Part shown: positions 45,882 through 55,016 of the stretch, one piece after another | Position numbering within the stretch: position 1 is the first letter of the stretch | Layout of the letters: every line of letters begins with the position of its first letter | From: an uncultured virus (IMG/VR IMGVR_UViG_3300042507_002727) | Lineage: Duplodnaviria > Heunggongvirae > Uroviricota > Caudoviricetes | Strand: one strand, 5' to 3' | IMG/VR virus record: IMGVR_UViG_3300042507_002727 | DNA: 64,000 nt | Notes under the pieces: generated by a model | Seen by the model: only the letters and a program-made list of their open reading frames with translations | The model's database searches: none | Told to the model about the DNA's origin: nothing | Made by a program: the position numbers and the translations under genes

Positions 45882-47095
45882 ACAAAGAATCCTTCAAGTG
45901 TTGCGTTTTGACTTCCCGAACCTAGCGGGTCGTACTCGTTCTTTTCGTAGTGATTGTTCTGACGAAGATAGTTTGTTCCGGATAGAGGAAGCTCTCCGCG
46001 AATGAACTTGGCGATTTCAGAATGAATATCGCGCGACGTAGGAACCGGAACGTTCTGAGCGATGTGGTTCATCTTTGCGAGTCCACCGACCAATTCAAAA
46101 TCGTGAGGGAAACCCATCATATGCAGAGCTTCACGAATCGTAAGCGAACGATCGTGAATAGGATGGATCGTATCAGCAAGGTTACGACCAATCACAGCGT
46201 TCATGCATTCGTCAAAGACGTGTGTTGAGCTATCCCAGATACCCTTGTTGTCCGCAAACTTTTTAATAGCGTGTTCCGATACTTTAATTCCGCGTTCGTG
46301 GCCAACCTGATGCATCCACTTATTTGCTTCTTCAAGCAGACCAGCACGATTGATATAGTTGAAAGCTGTAATGTTACCGCTCTTAATAATAACATCCCTC
46401 GGATTGTCGTTCGTTCTTGATTTAATAAACGCGTAATACGGTTCATCATCCAACTTGGAATTGATAACCAAGTCTTGCTGAAGCGTGTTCTGTTGCAACT
46501 CGGACAAGTACTCTTTAAAGTTTTTACGATCGCGTTTAAACCAAGACATGATCGGAGCCTTCTCTGATTTCCAGCCGATAGCAAAGGTTCGATCGCGAGC
46601 TTGCGGAATGCCGTGATACATCGTTGATGTTTTGTACAGAGTTAAACTATACCCTCTTTTATTACAAATGTCAAACAAATTGTTTGCGACTGCACGACCT
46701 TTATTCGTATAGAGAGCAGGCGCGTTCTCGACTACTACAGCCTTTGCTTCAAACAGATCAATCGCGTCCTCGAAGACTTTATACATCCATTCGTTCTTTG
46801 CACAAGCAGCACCTTTTGATTCAACTGTCTGACCTGTGTTTAGCTGCGATAGAGCTGCACAAGGAGGAGTACCAGAGACAACATCTACCTTATGAATAGG
46901 TGGGCCGTTATCCAAGAGTCGATACTCGAGTCCTCTGCCCTTTACGTTATTCTGATAGTTTACGTAGTGACTATCGTTTGCTTGAAATCCATCGTATGAA
47001 TAGATAGCAAGAGGTGGAACGCCAAAAGCTTTTTCGGCTCCTAGCATCTGTCCACCGATAAGTGGGATATGAGGTACCCAAGTAATATCACTCAT
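45878..47095 (-). CDS. DNA cytosine-5 methyltransferase-like protein with atypical motif I
   Basis: GTPPCAALS (motif IV), VVENAP (VI), PQARDRTF (VIII), RSLTIREALHMMGFP (IX), IAQNVP (X); motif I reads IPLIGG instead of FxGxGG. Confidence 0.8.
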   Translation of the reverse strand: MSDITWVPHIPLIGGQMLGAEKAFGVPPLAIYSYDGFQANDSHYVNYQNNVKGRGLEYRLLDNGPPIHKVDVVSGTPPCAALSQLNTGQTVESKGAACAKNEWMYKVFEDAIDLFEAKAVVVENAPALYTNKGRAVANNLFDICNKRGYSLTLYKTSTMYHGIPQARDRTFAIGWKSEKAPIMSWFKRDRKNFKEYLSELQQNTLQQDLVINSKLDDEPYYAFIKSRTNDNPRDVIIKSGNITAFNYINRAGLLEEANKWMHQVGHERGIKVSEHAIKKFADNKGIWDSSTHVFDECMNAVIGRNLADTIHPIHDRSLTIREALHMMGFPHDFELVGGLAKMNHIAQNVPVPTSRDIHSEIAKFIRGELPLSGTNYLRQNNHYEKNEYDPLGSGSQNATLEGFFV

Positions 47096-47108
47096 TATTC
47101 TTTATCCT

Positions 47109-48353
47109 TTATACGAAAAAATCTGCAAGTGTTGTTATAGTCTTTTTTTCAAATGCTTGAACATCAGGACGAGTGTAGTTCGTGTCGAAAGCATTCATAA
47201 TCTTATCATTAATAAAAGTACCATCGTAGTACTCAGGCTTAAGCACTGCCTTGCGTAGTTCCTTAAGAAGGTTCTGATGCGCTTCATGTGTATCTACCAT
47301 CTCCATACGGCGAAAGAACTCTTCTGGAGTCTTTGGACGTAGAAACTCTGGAATTGGTAGATGACCTTGCATATCATAGGTCGGATGCAGGAATGGAATA
47401 ACACCAGCATGGATCATCTCAATATACTTAGATGTAACCCAGCCTTCCTTAATCGGAATGATGAAAGTAAACTTTACGTCCTGAAGTTTCTTCTGCAGCT
47501 CGTTGATGTGCAACGATCCTTTAAACCGAGAGTCAACAGTTGCTGCACCATGTTCCCACTTGCCATAGACTTCAACGTTATCGAACTTGTTGAGAACCCA
47601 TTCCTTCAGAAGGTCGTAGCGAGACGGCTTGCCTTCGTTAAGAACGACCATAAAGTTTGTGTTACGATTTACGTTGACTTCTTCAGTGTATTCGTAGTCT
47701 CCGCAGAAGGCCGTCTCCATACCTGCATATTCCGAATGAACTACGCGAGTGATGCGTTCCTGATCAACATAGTCGCGAATCGCAAACGTTTCATAATCAT
47801 AATCATACTGACCAAGAGAACGCATTGGCATGTGAAACAGATCGCGAGGTTGCTTAATCGTATAGCGAGGATCATTAACGATTTCAATATACGGAACCTG
47901 CTCTTGGTTCAGCCAAGTAACGATTGGAGTCGTATACCACTTGGTCATATCGAGAGTCGCAGCAGGCTTTCCATCGTTACCTTCACGAACCTTCTGAATG
48001 CGATCCGGAATCGTAACGTTGCTGAGCTGACCAACCATCATAATGGTAAAGTCGAGAGTAACTTTCTTTTCTTTAAAGTAATTGACGACGTGATCAAAGT
48101 ACTTCTGAGAAATCTCAAGACCAACACCTTCCCATACATCAATCACGTTATCGTATGGAAAGAGATCTGCTTTCTCAGATTCTGTAAGAGTACCGAAGTC
48201 AGAGCGACCAACGATATAGAACTTCTTATCAGGATTGTTGTTCGCAACTGCTCGTAGTGTGCAAGAAGCTTCGTTGTCTCCGCCGATAGGCGAGTACTTA
48301 TTCGTCTTAAACTTTACAGATTTACCAATCTTGCAAAAACCAATGTTCTTCAT
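47109..48353 (-). CDS. Putative GT-B fold DNA glycosyltransferase
   Basis: N-terminal GGDNE, NDPRY, VEVYGKW, C-terminal WVTSKYIEMIHAGVIPF; loosely like T4 beta-glucosyltransferase in layout; start moved to ATG at 48353. Confidence 0.5.
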   Translation of the reverse strand: MKNIGFCKIGKSVKFKTNKYSPIGGDNEASCTLRAVANNNPDKKFYIVGRSDFGTLTESEKADLFPYDNVIDVWEGVGLEISQKYFDHVVNYFKEKKVTLDFTIMMVGQLSNVTIPDRIQKVREGNDGKPAATLDMTKWYTTPIVTWLNQEQVPYIEIVNDPRYTIKQPRDLFHMPMRSLGQYDYDYETFAIRDYVDQERITRVVHSEYAGMETAFCGDYEYTEEVNVNRNTNFMVVLNEGKPSRYDLLKEWVLNKFDNVEVYGKWEHGAATVDSRFKGSLHINELQKKLQDVKFTFIIPIKEGWVTSKYIEMIHAGVIPFLHPTYDMQGHLPIPEFLRPKTPEEFFRRMEMVDTHEAHQNLLKELRKAVLKPEYYDGTFINDKIMNAFDTNYTRPDVQAFEKKTITTLADFFV

Positions 48354-48715
48354 AGTGTATCCCATTCTATAAATTTCACAAATTCATCTGGCCTTAGAGC
48401 CTTATCATCAACGTAGTAGACCGCATTCGGTTTACCAAACATTAGTTCATCGTATGGAACGTTGTTTTCTTTAAGCCAATTAACCGTAAGATCGCCAACA
48501 TCCTCTATGACTTTATTTATATCACCATTATGAGTGGCCATTCGCCTCGCAGTAAACAGAACGATACGAAAGCCCTTTTCTTTTGCTTTACGAATGCTTT
48601 CGATCATTTCGAGTTTTGGTGTCGCCTTGCCATACTTTTCGAACGTATCCTTCTCGCCATCGTTAGGCGTACAGATCGTATGATCAATATCAATGACTAG
48701 AGTTTGCGTACTCAA
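48350..48715 (-). CDS. HAD phosphatase, capsule-biosynthesis (EcbF/BcbF-like) type
   Basis: VIDIDHTIC, LFTARRM, WLKENNVPYDELMFGKP, YYVDDKA. Confidence 0.85.
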   Translation of the reverse strand: MSTQTLVIDIDHTICTPNDGEKDTFEKYGKATPKLEMIESIRKAKEKGFRIVLFTARRMATHNGDINKVIEDVGDLTVNWLKENNVPYDELMFGKPNAVYYVDDKALRPDEFVKFIEWDTL

Positions 48716-50198
48716 TTACATATTCCTTCATTTGTTCCTGTCGAATAGAGCTGTCATAGTGAAGAGGAATGGCTGTCGCGATAAGCAATGCGCCACCATC
48801 GATGATCTCACGATACTCTTTTGAATAATACTTTCGAATAATCTTTGAGAAACTTTCACGAACATACTTAGGATACGCCTTGCTCTGAAACAGCGAGTTG
48901 TATCCATGATAGAGATCGTGAGAGAGTTTACACAGGTCGTATAGATGATCGCCGCCGCAACCAACATGATTGCCGTATTCTCCACGAGGATCCAAGAGAG
49001 TAATGCTATCGTTATATGGATTATACAATATATTTCCAAAATGTAAATCGCCATGCATAGCCAGAACAGGCTCAGCTCGGTTCATACATCTTTCAGCGAT
49101 CCGCCCGTAATATCCTTGCTCAGAAGAACTTAGGCCAGACTTATTGAGTCTTTCAGTTGTCTTTTGGATCCACATGGCATTTGCGTTACTGCTAAAGTCT
49201 TTTAGAAACTCAAGACTAGGTCTCTGATGAAAGTTGTTTCGAACAGAAAGTACAACCTTTTCAATTAGATAGTCGATAGTACTCTTAGAAATGTCCTCGT
49301 GGATGAATAGATCCGAGAGCAGAGTACCGGACTCATAAGACAGAGATAGGCCGTAGTCATCATCTAGCACCTTTGGAACGAACATTCGCTGCTTTGAATT
49401 GAGAGCTTTGTACCAAGACTTTTCGTTCATGACAGTACGAACAGCGAACTCATTCGTATAGTTTGGTACCTTCGTAACTACGTTGAGTTCTGGGTCGTAC
49501 TGAAACGAATTGAATGCACGAGCTTTAAAAGTAAGGAACTCTGCGCATGTACGATGATACGAAGCAATGTCACCAATGTCGTACCAGTTGCTCGTATTAA
49601 TACGGTTAAAAGATCTTGAAGTTGAACGCGCATACTTCTCAAGGGCAAACGAGATGTCGTACTCAGTCGCTGAGGAGAACGCATAGTCAGCGCCTACACC
49701 ATCTGCGAAACTATACAGGCCAACGAGTGCAGCAGCATTTGGAACCGTCTCCGTTGGTTTATTGAAGAATTCCTTACCATCCCACATACACCACGCAAAG
49801 TGGTCTTCAACTTCTTTCGTAAGAAGAAAGTCGGTGCCTAGTGGAAGATCATTATCAAGAATGATTGCGTCTCCAAGCCATACGACGAGCGGCATATCTT
49901 TATTCGACAGCTCTGCAATACCAACACGAATAGCATCACGGGGACCGTTCAACGATCCCTGCTTTACGCAACGAATATCATCGCTATAGGCACTCTTTGT
50001 AGCCCATTCACGAATATCATCATGCTTGCCGTCAACGATTACGATCTCTCCGATATCTGGAGTATTCTTATAGATCGACTCGATGATGTACTCGATTGTT
50101 GGTTTACCATGTACGCGAACCATTGCTTTGGAACAGTTCGATGTTAGCGGCCGAAGACGAGTAGCCTCACCCGCCGCTGGAATTACTACGTTGATCAT
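48690..50198 (-). CDS. Sugar-phosphate nucleotidyltransferase fused to an APH/choline-kinase-like domain
   Basis: N-terminal VIPAAGEATRLRPLT...K, WLGD, WYDIG; C-terminal HGDLHFGNIL...LLDPRG...YDLCKL; start moved to ATG at 50198. Confidence 0.85.
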   Translation of the reverse strand: MINVVIPAAGEATRLRPLTSNCSKAMVRVHGKPTIEYIIESIYKNTPDIGEIVIVDGKHDDIREWATKSAYSDDIRCVKQGSLNGPRDAIRVGIAELSNKDMPLVVWLGDAIILDNDLPLGTDFLLTKEVEDHFAWCMWDGKEFFNKPTETVPNAAALVGLYSFADGVGADYAFSSATEYDISFALEKYARSTSRSFNRINTSNWYDIGDIASYHRTCAEFLTFKARAFNSFQYDPELNVVTKVPNYTNEFAVRTVMNEKSWYKALNSKQRMFVPKVLDDDYGLSLSYESGTLLSDLFIHEDISKSTIDYLIEKVVLSVRNNFHQRPSLEFLKDFSSNANAMWIQKTTERLNKSGLSSSEQGYYGRIAERCMNRAEPVLAMHGDLHFGNILYNPYNDSITLLDPRGEYGNHVGCGGDHLYDLCKLSHDLYHGYNSLFQSKAYPKYVRESFSKIIRKYYSKEYREIIDGGALLIATAIPLHYDSSIRQEQMKEYVIEYANSSH

Positions 50199-50835
50199 AA
50201 TGTGTTCTCCATTCGTCATATTCATCTTCTAATAAAGCCCAGTGCAGCTTTGTTGAACGATCGAAGTTGCTCGACCTTCTGTCCCAGACGATCCACATAT
50301 ATGCGATCATGCCGCCAAGCTGATGTGTCTTATTTATGGGCTCTACTAAGCCCGAACCAAAATTAATTCTATCACTTAGAAATATAATATCACTTGGAGG
50401 GTATTTTGTAAACAAGTTTTTTCGCTTCTTTCCTTCAAGAAACGTAAGACGAACAAACATTGCTACGTATGGATATTCCGATAGAGCTTTCTCTGTAATC
50501 TTTCGAGGAAGATCCTTATGATACGGAGGGTTCGTAATCAAACCTTCGTATCCGGTTGGTCGTTCGAGCTCAAGAACATCAATGCTAGTTTCGATGTCTA
50601 CGAGACTATTATCATATTCGTTAAGATCGAACGATTTTACATTATGACCGTTTCTTTGGAGTTCGATCGAAATATTACCTCGGCCCGCGCAGGGTTCAAC
50701 CACATTCTTTGGTGGACGAACATACTTACACAGAATGTAAGTTGCGAGTGGCGGTGTTGGATAGAAGTCGTTTTCTTTACGATCTGGGTCGTCCTTCTTT
50801 ACACCAACGTATATATCAGTTAAGTTCTTAGCCAC
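50167..50835 (-). CDS. DNA amino-methyltransferase (N6-adenine/N4-cytosine type)
   Basis: DFYPTP, EPCAGRG (motif I), ITNPPY (motif IV). Confidence 0.8.
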   Translation of the reverse strand: MAKNLTDIYVGVKKDDPDRKENDFYPTPPLATYILCKYVRPPKNVVEPCAGRGNISIELQRNGHNVKSFDLNEYDNSLVDIETSIDVLELERPTGYEGLITNPPYHKDLPRKITEKALSEYPYVAMFVRLTFLEGKKRKNLFTKYPPSDIIFLSDRINFGSGLVEPINKTHQLGGMIAYMWIVWDRRSSNFDRSTKLHWALLEDEYDEWRTHYDQRSNSSGG

Positions 50836-51179
50836 TCTTTACATTCCTTTAGACAATTGTTTTCATATTCTCTATCGTTTAGCTTTCGGTTCAATGGAGA
50901 CGGGTGCGGAAGGGTATAGTGTTCCACTCCTGCTCGCTTAAGTGCCTGCGAGGCAAAACCACCGAGAGCAATTACCTTCCTATATCCATTCACAAAGGAT
51001 CGAACAAAGTTTAGATCAACATCCTTCATCTTGTACTCGCCTTCGTATGGAATTACATTCGAAAAAGAATAGTGATGGAAACCGAGAGCTTCCATCCATA
51101 CATTCATCTTATCTAACGAACAGTTCTTACGAAAAGGTTTTCCTGAAGGGTTGATACCAACGAGAATTACTTCACTCAT
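50820..51179 (-). CDS. Minimal uracil-DNA glycosylase superfamily protein
   Basis: LVGINPS, VIALGGFA, LPHPSPLN. Confidence 0.7.
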   Translation of the reverse strand: MSEVILVGINPSGKPFRKNCSLDKMNVWMEALGFHHYSFSNVIPYEGEYKMKDVDLNFVRSFVNGYRKVIALGGFASQALKRAGVEHYTLPHPSPLNRKLNDREYENNCLKECKEWLRT

Positions 51180-51646
51180 TCAAAGTTCCAATGACGCTCG
51201 TTGATATAAGTAATCGAGACACCAGCCTCTTCATACATCGGCCGAGACATTCCATTCCACTGGTTCTGCCACTTCTCAGGAGAATGTTCAGGGTACGTGA
51301 TCACGACTCGTTTAATGCCGGATTGAATGACCGACTTAGTGCACTCAGCACAGATTGGCAGACCCCATACGTAGATCGTTGCGTCTTTGACGGATACGCC
51401 ACTATAGAGTGCATTCATCAGAGCATTCATCTCGCCGTGAACGATACGTGGATACTTTTGTTCACGATCATTAAGACGCTCCTCGGTATCTTCAATACCA
51501 CGAGGAAACCCGTTATATCCGGTCGCAAGGATACGACGTTCATCATTAACGATTACAGCGCCAATCTTGCTCGAAGGATCCTTACTCCAAGTTGAAATCT
51601 CGCGCGCGAGTTTCATAAAGCGGTTGTCCCATTTACTATCAATCAT
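51176..51646 (-). CDS. cd: dCMP deaminase
   Basis: SKDPSSKIGAVI, TGYNGFPRG, HGEMNA, PICAECTK. Confidence 0.92.
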   Translation of the reverse strand: MIDSKWDNRFMKLAREISTWSKDPSSKIGAVIVNDERRILATGYNGFPRGIEDTEERLNDREQKYPRIVHGEMNALMNALYSGVSVKDATIYVWGLPICAECTKSVIQSGIKRVVITYPEHSPEKWQNQWNGMSRPMYEEAGVSITYINERHWNFE

Positions 51647-51812
51647 TTATCTTACTCCATTTAATTCCAAAGAAGAGTCTCTGCATAAAGCGATGAAAAG
51701 CGTTTGGTTGCTTGCCTTCTTCTAAGTTCCAATATACGCCGTTTATTAGTTGGCACTTCCAAGCAGGTTCGGGTGGTGCGGAGATAGTATAAGTTACACC
51801 TATATCACGCAT
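51639..51812 (-). CDS. Small hypothetical protein (57 aa)
   Basis: Hand-translated MRDIGVTYTISAPPEPAWKC...PNAFHRFMQRLFFGIKW; overlaps both neighbours and fills the gap. Confidence 0.55.
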   Translation of the reverse strand: MRDIGVTYTISAPPEPAWKCQLINGVYWNLEEGKQPNAFHRFMQRLFFGIKWSKIND

Positions 51813-52467
51813 CCATCAACTCCTCGATGAACTTGAAGTGGCGTTCGTATACATGCAGGTTCGTTGCAGTCCAGATGAGATCACCGACTCCAACTCTAAG
51901 GTCCGCAGCAAGTTTCTTTTGAACATGCATTGCCCAGTGAACATCGTTGTCATAACCGAACACTGCGTCGTTCGAACGCATCAGATAGTGGCTGATGAGT
52001 TTACCGTCACGGATCATAAAAGTGTTTGCATAGGTGCAGATGAAATCTGACATATCGTCTTCGTAATAGTCAGTATGCATGGAAGGACGATTGTAGATCA
52101 TGACAGCACGGCGGCTGTTAGGGTTATTCAAAAGTTCAGTAAGAACGTTCATATACTGAAAACCGTTCTTTTCAGACCAAATGAGATGACCATAGTTTGA
52201 ATTGATACGACCATGTTTTGAAGCAACATTTTTCCAGATCGCAGGAGTCTCACCAGGAATATCTTCAACATACAGAGACTGCGACTCGTACCATTCGAGT
52301 TCACGTTCGATGTATTCGTAGTTTGGTTTACGAATGATCCAATCCTCATCAGCGATAAAGGATTGTCCGATAAGCTCGATGGTTTTAACACCGGTCTTAT
52401 CAGTCACAAAGTCTTGATCACGATACTTTTGAATGAGTTGATTGCGAATATTAAAAACTCTTTGCAT
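51805..52467 (-). CDS. gp42: dCMP hydroxymethylase (T4 gp42-like, thymidylate synthase fold)
   Basis: DKTGVKTIE, YIERELEWY, DIPGETP-x-IW, INSNYG, MSDFICT, MRSNDAVFGYDND and LHVYERHF follow T4 gp42 as recalled; Asp at the cytosine-specificity position. Confidence 0.88.
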   Translation of the reverse strand: MQRVFNIRNQLIQKYRDQDFVTDKTGVKTIELIGQSFIADEDWIIRKPNYEYIERELEWYESQSLYVEDIPGETPAIWKNVASKHGRINSNYGHLIWSEKNGFQYMNVLTELLNNPNSRRAVMIYNRPSMHTDYYEDDMSDFICTYANTFMIRDGKLISHYLMRSNDAVFGYDNDVHWAMHVQKKLAADLRVGVGDLIWTATNLHVYERHFKFIEELMDA

Positions 52468-52951
52468 ATTCCATTACTCCATGTCTCATATATTTTTGAA
52501 CGATGCTCATATCAGTAATTGTACCAATAAGAGTCATTTTGTCAATAGGAAAGTGAGCAACGTATCGCTTATCACGAGTATTTTGTCTGATTACAAAATT
52601 TCTTTTACCGAGAGGAGGGGCACTGTAAATCCTAAGGACTGGATCATCAGGCTCTGGGCGTTGACAAAAGATAAGAATGTCGACATTCATACACTTGCTT
52701 AGCTGATTGCTATGGATGCCACTCGCTTTTTCATTTGATGAGATCGGAACTGTAAAACTATTGAACATATGAAAACGCGTTTCCAACTTATTCTCTAGAG
52801 AATGGTCTTCACCGTTCACGGTAAGAATCAAATCTTTATCAGCGTCGAACGGATCTTTAGAAAGTTTAGCCGTGATGCCTCGCTTAGAGAAAAATTCTAC
52901 GATAAGATGCTCGATGTCAACGCCGAGTTGTCTATCTGCTTGAGTACCCAT
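52451..52951 (-). CDS. PD-(D/E)xK nuclease-like protein
   Basis: E helix, then DPFDADKDL...LENK pattern. Confidence 0.45.
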   Translation of the reverse strand: MGTQADRQLGVDIEHLIVEFFSKRGITAKLSKDPFDADKDLILTVNGEDHSLENKLETRFHMFNSFTVPISSNEKASGIHSNQLSKCMNVDILIFCQRPEPDDPVLRIYSAPPLGKRNFVIRQNTRDKRYVAHFPIDKMTLIGTITDMSIVQKYMRHGVMEYAKSF

Positions 52952-53496
52952 TATTTAAATCCTTTCAAAAATTGCTCAACAGAAGGAACGGTGTTTGCAA
53001 ATCCGCCATTGATGCTGATGTTGATATGAAGCTTGTGCATGCAGGAAGAAACGGTGTATGCTTCGATAAAAGCAGACATCGTTTCATTGTATTCATGTAG
53101 AGATTTCTCAAGACTATCGCCGTCGTCACGAGCAGCGATAGCTTCAGGATCATCAGTCAGAAGAATGAGAGCTGCTTCTGGATAATTACGAAGATACCGA
53201 TAGTCCAACTCATAGATATCAGCTGGGTTTGCACCACGATACTTCTCGCCATAGACAGCCGCGCCAAGGTGAAAGCGGTCGAAGATCACATCATAGAAGT
53301 AGTCGTCAACGAGCATCTGACTCGATTGAAACAACGACTCGTAGTGTTTAATTTCCCATGCATTTGGGTCCTCTACCTTAGGAGGAGAAGACGAGTGATG
53401 CACGAGAATGTTTGGCGATGTAAAGTGTCGCTTACGTAGATGTTCAACGAGCGTTGACTTACCACAGCGATCCATACCTTCAACGATGAGTAGCAT
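52951..53496 (-). CDS. dNMP kinase (thymidylate kinase-like)
   Basis: IVEGMDRCGKST P-loop and FDRFHL...VYG. Confidence 0.82.
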   Translation of the reverse strand: MLLIVEGMDRCGKSTLVEHLRKRHFTSPNILVHHSSSPPKVEDPNAWEIKHYESLFQSSQMLVDDYFYDVIFDRFHLGAAVYGEKYRGANPADIYELDYRYLRNYPEAALILLTDDPEAIAARDDGDSLEKSLHEYNETMSAFIEAYTVSSCMHKLHINISINGGFANTVPSVEQFLKGFK

Positions 53497-53504
53497 TATA
53501 CCTC

Positions 53505-53969
53505 CTATTTTAGTTGTTTTGAGAAAGGAAGATTGTGTAGTTCACTTTCACTAAGATATCGACTAGTAAGATTTTGTTCTATAGTGCGATTTACTTCTAC
53601 TTCACCGTTAATAATATCACCAGTCAAAGGACATGTCAATGATATTGGCATCTTAGGAGCAGCAACAGCATAAATGTCAATCTTAGACTCTCCAAGTTCC
53701 TTCATCACTCTAAGAATACGTCTATTTGTTGCATCACCACGTTTACTCGCGCCACCTTTATACTTATCAACACGACCGTACCACCCACGAGAACCACCGG
53801 CAATGCCGATCTTCATTAAGCGACCTTTTACATACATAAAGTAAACGATGTTGCCCATGTCACGAAAGTTAGACCACGTCTTATCAGTAACATAATCTAT
53901 CTCTGTTTCCGTGACATTGAAATGCCCGATATATTCAGCCGTTTTCGCGAGTTCAGAAATTGACTTCAT
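53505..53969 (-). CDS. GIY-YIG family nuclease, DenA (endonuclease II)-like
   Basis: NIVYFMYVKGRLMKIG, RVDKY, DATNRRI, IDIYA, E and terminal P-x-x-x-Q follow the T4 endonuclease II layout. Confidence 0.55.
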   Translation of the reverse strand: MKSISELAKTAEYIGHFNVTETEIDYVTDKTWSNFRDMGNIVYFMYVKGRLMKIGIAGGSRGWYGRVDKYKGGASKRGDATNRRILRVMKELGESKIDIYAVAAPKMPISLTCPLTGDIINGEVEVNRTIEQNLTSRYLSESELHNLPFSKQLK

Positions 53970-54481
53970 TTGGTTTTCCTATGTTTTACGAAGTTTTTAT
54001 ACACGATTGGTTCTGGATGTACTTTGATACCAACTGCACTATAACGATCACCATTTTCCGGCATCATTCTTTGATAGCCAGCTTCGTTTAGCATCTTATC
54101 TTCTTCTTTAGTTACGAAGACGATGCGATTATGCTTACTTAAGAAATCATAGATCGATTTCTCGTCAGTGCACTCCTCTACCATCTTTTGAATGAGTATG
54201 TTTAGAGGAACGACGTGTTCATGAATACCAAACTTCTTTAAAGCATCGCCACCAGCTGGCTTGCCAAGAGACTCCCACTTCTCTTTAAATCTTTCGGACA
54301 TATAGGCGAAGTCAGGACTATCAATGCCTTTATCGATCCCGAGTCTTTCGTGAGTAGCTGCATTGTAAACATTGCAGAAAATGTATCTCATGGATCGAGT
54401 ATCGTTAGAATTGTATTTTGCTCCTGAACGTATGTCGTTCAGGAGCAACTTGATCATTGTAAGATTTGTTTCTAAAGTCAT
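53966..54481 (-). CDS. Hypothetical protein
   Basis: IHEHVVP motif, reminiscent of HNH-like folds. Confidence 0.55.
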   Translation of the reverse strand: MTLETNLTMIKLLLNDIRSGAKYNSNDTRSMRYIFCNVYNAATHERLGIDKGIDSPDFAYMSERFKEKWESLGKPAGGDALKKFGIHEHVVPLNILIQKMVEECTDEKSIYDFLSKHNRIVFVTKEEDKMLNEAGYQRMMPENGDRYSAVGIKVHPEPIVYKNFVKHRKTK

Positions 54482-54726
54482 TATCGGTATCGAGTGTATA
54501 CATAGACGTCAGCAGACGTGGCGTAAGGAAGAGGAAGCGAGTCATTGTAGCGACGAACTCCGCGACGATGACCGCGACCCTGCAGCTTGACATACTGAGT
54601 GGTACCGAAAGCAGTGTTACCAAGCTTGACGACGGTACGCAGACCGTCAACAGCGGCTTGGTCCTCAGGAGCAACTTGGCCGTTAACCATACGAACAGTG
54701 AAGCGATAAGCAGAAGTGCGAGTCAT
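54481..54726 (-). CDS. Small early hypothetical protein
   Basis: Strong AAGGAAAGGA Shine-Dalgarno and its own sigma70 promoter. Confidence 0.7.
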   Translation of the reverse strand: MTRTSAYRFTVRMVNGQVAPEDQAAVDGLRTVVKLGNTAFGTTQYVKLQGRGHRRGVRRYNDSLPLPYATSADVYVYTRYR

Positions 54727-54755
54727 AGGATGGTTCCTTTCCTTTTCCTATTGTC

Positions 54756-54784
54756 AATCTATACTGATTCTAAACGAATGTCAA
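54756..54784 (-). promoter_or_regulatory. Early sigma70-type promoter with GAATC in the spacer
   Basis: TTGACA-TTCGTTTAGAATCAGTA-TAGATT. Confidence 0.7.
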
Positions 54785-54787
54785 TAG

Positions 54788-54958
54788 TTAAGAAGCGAAG
54801 TTGCGGTCCTGAAGACCAACTTTTTTCGCACCCTTTGCCCAGGCGCCCGACTTACCGCGCCAGGTCTTAAACCGCTTGCGAGACGGCGAGAGAACTTTTA
54901 CCTCACCGCCGTTAGCGGCGAAATTTGCGACGAGCTTTGCGATGTCAGTTTTAGTCAT
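54788..54958 (-). CDS. Small basic early protein (56 aa)
   Basis: Hand-translated MTKTDIAKLVANFAANGGEVKVL...; GAGGAG Shine-Dalgarno and its own promoter. Confidence 0.7.
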   Translation of the reverse strand: MTKTDIAKLVANFAANGGEVKVLSPSRKRFKTWRGKSGAWAKGAKKVGLQDRNFAS

Positions 54959-54984
54959 AGTTGTTCTCCTCTCGTTATAGATAT

Positions 54985-55013
54985 AGAATATCTGATTCGG
55001 GAGGAGATGTCAA
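54985..55013 (-). promoter_or_regulatory. Early sigma70-type promoter with GAATC in the spacer
   Basis: TTGACA-TCTCCTCCCGAATCAGA-TATTCT. Confidence 0.7.
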
Positions 55014-55016
55014 CCA

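Noticed and set aside
47361..48257. 298 aa plus-strand ORF
   Set aside because: Lies wholly antisense to the GT-B-like gene and has no recognisable motif; most likely a shadow of codon bias.
51805..52467. Ordinary thymidylate synthase ThyA
   Set aside because: It lacks the ThyA LPPCH and PFN motifs and has DFICT and an Asp at the specificity position, as in T4 gp42.
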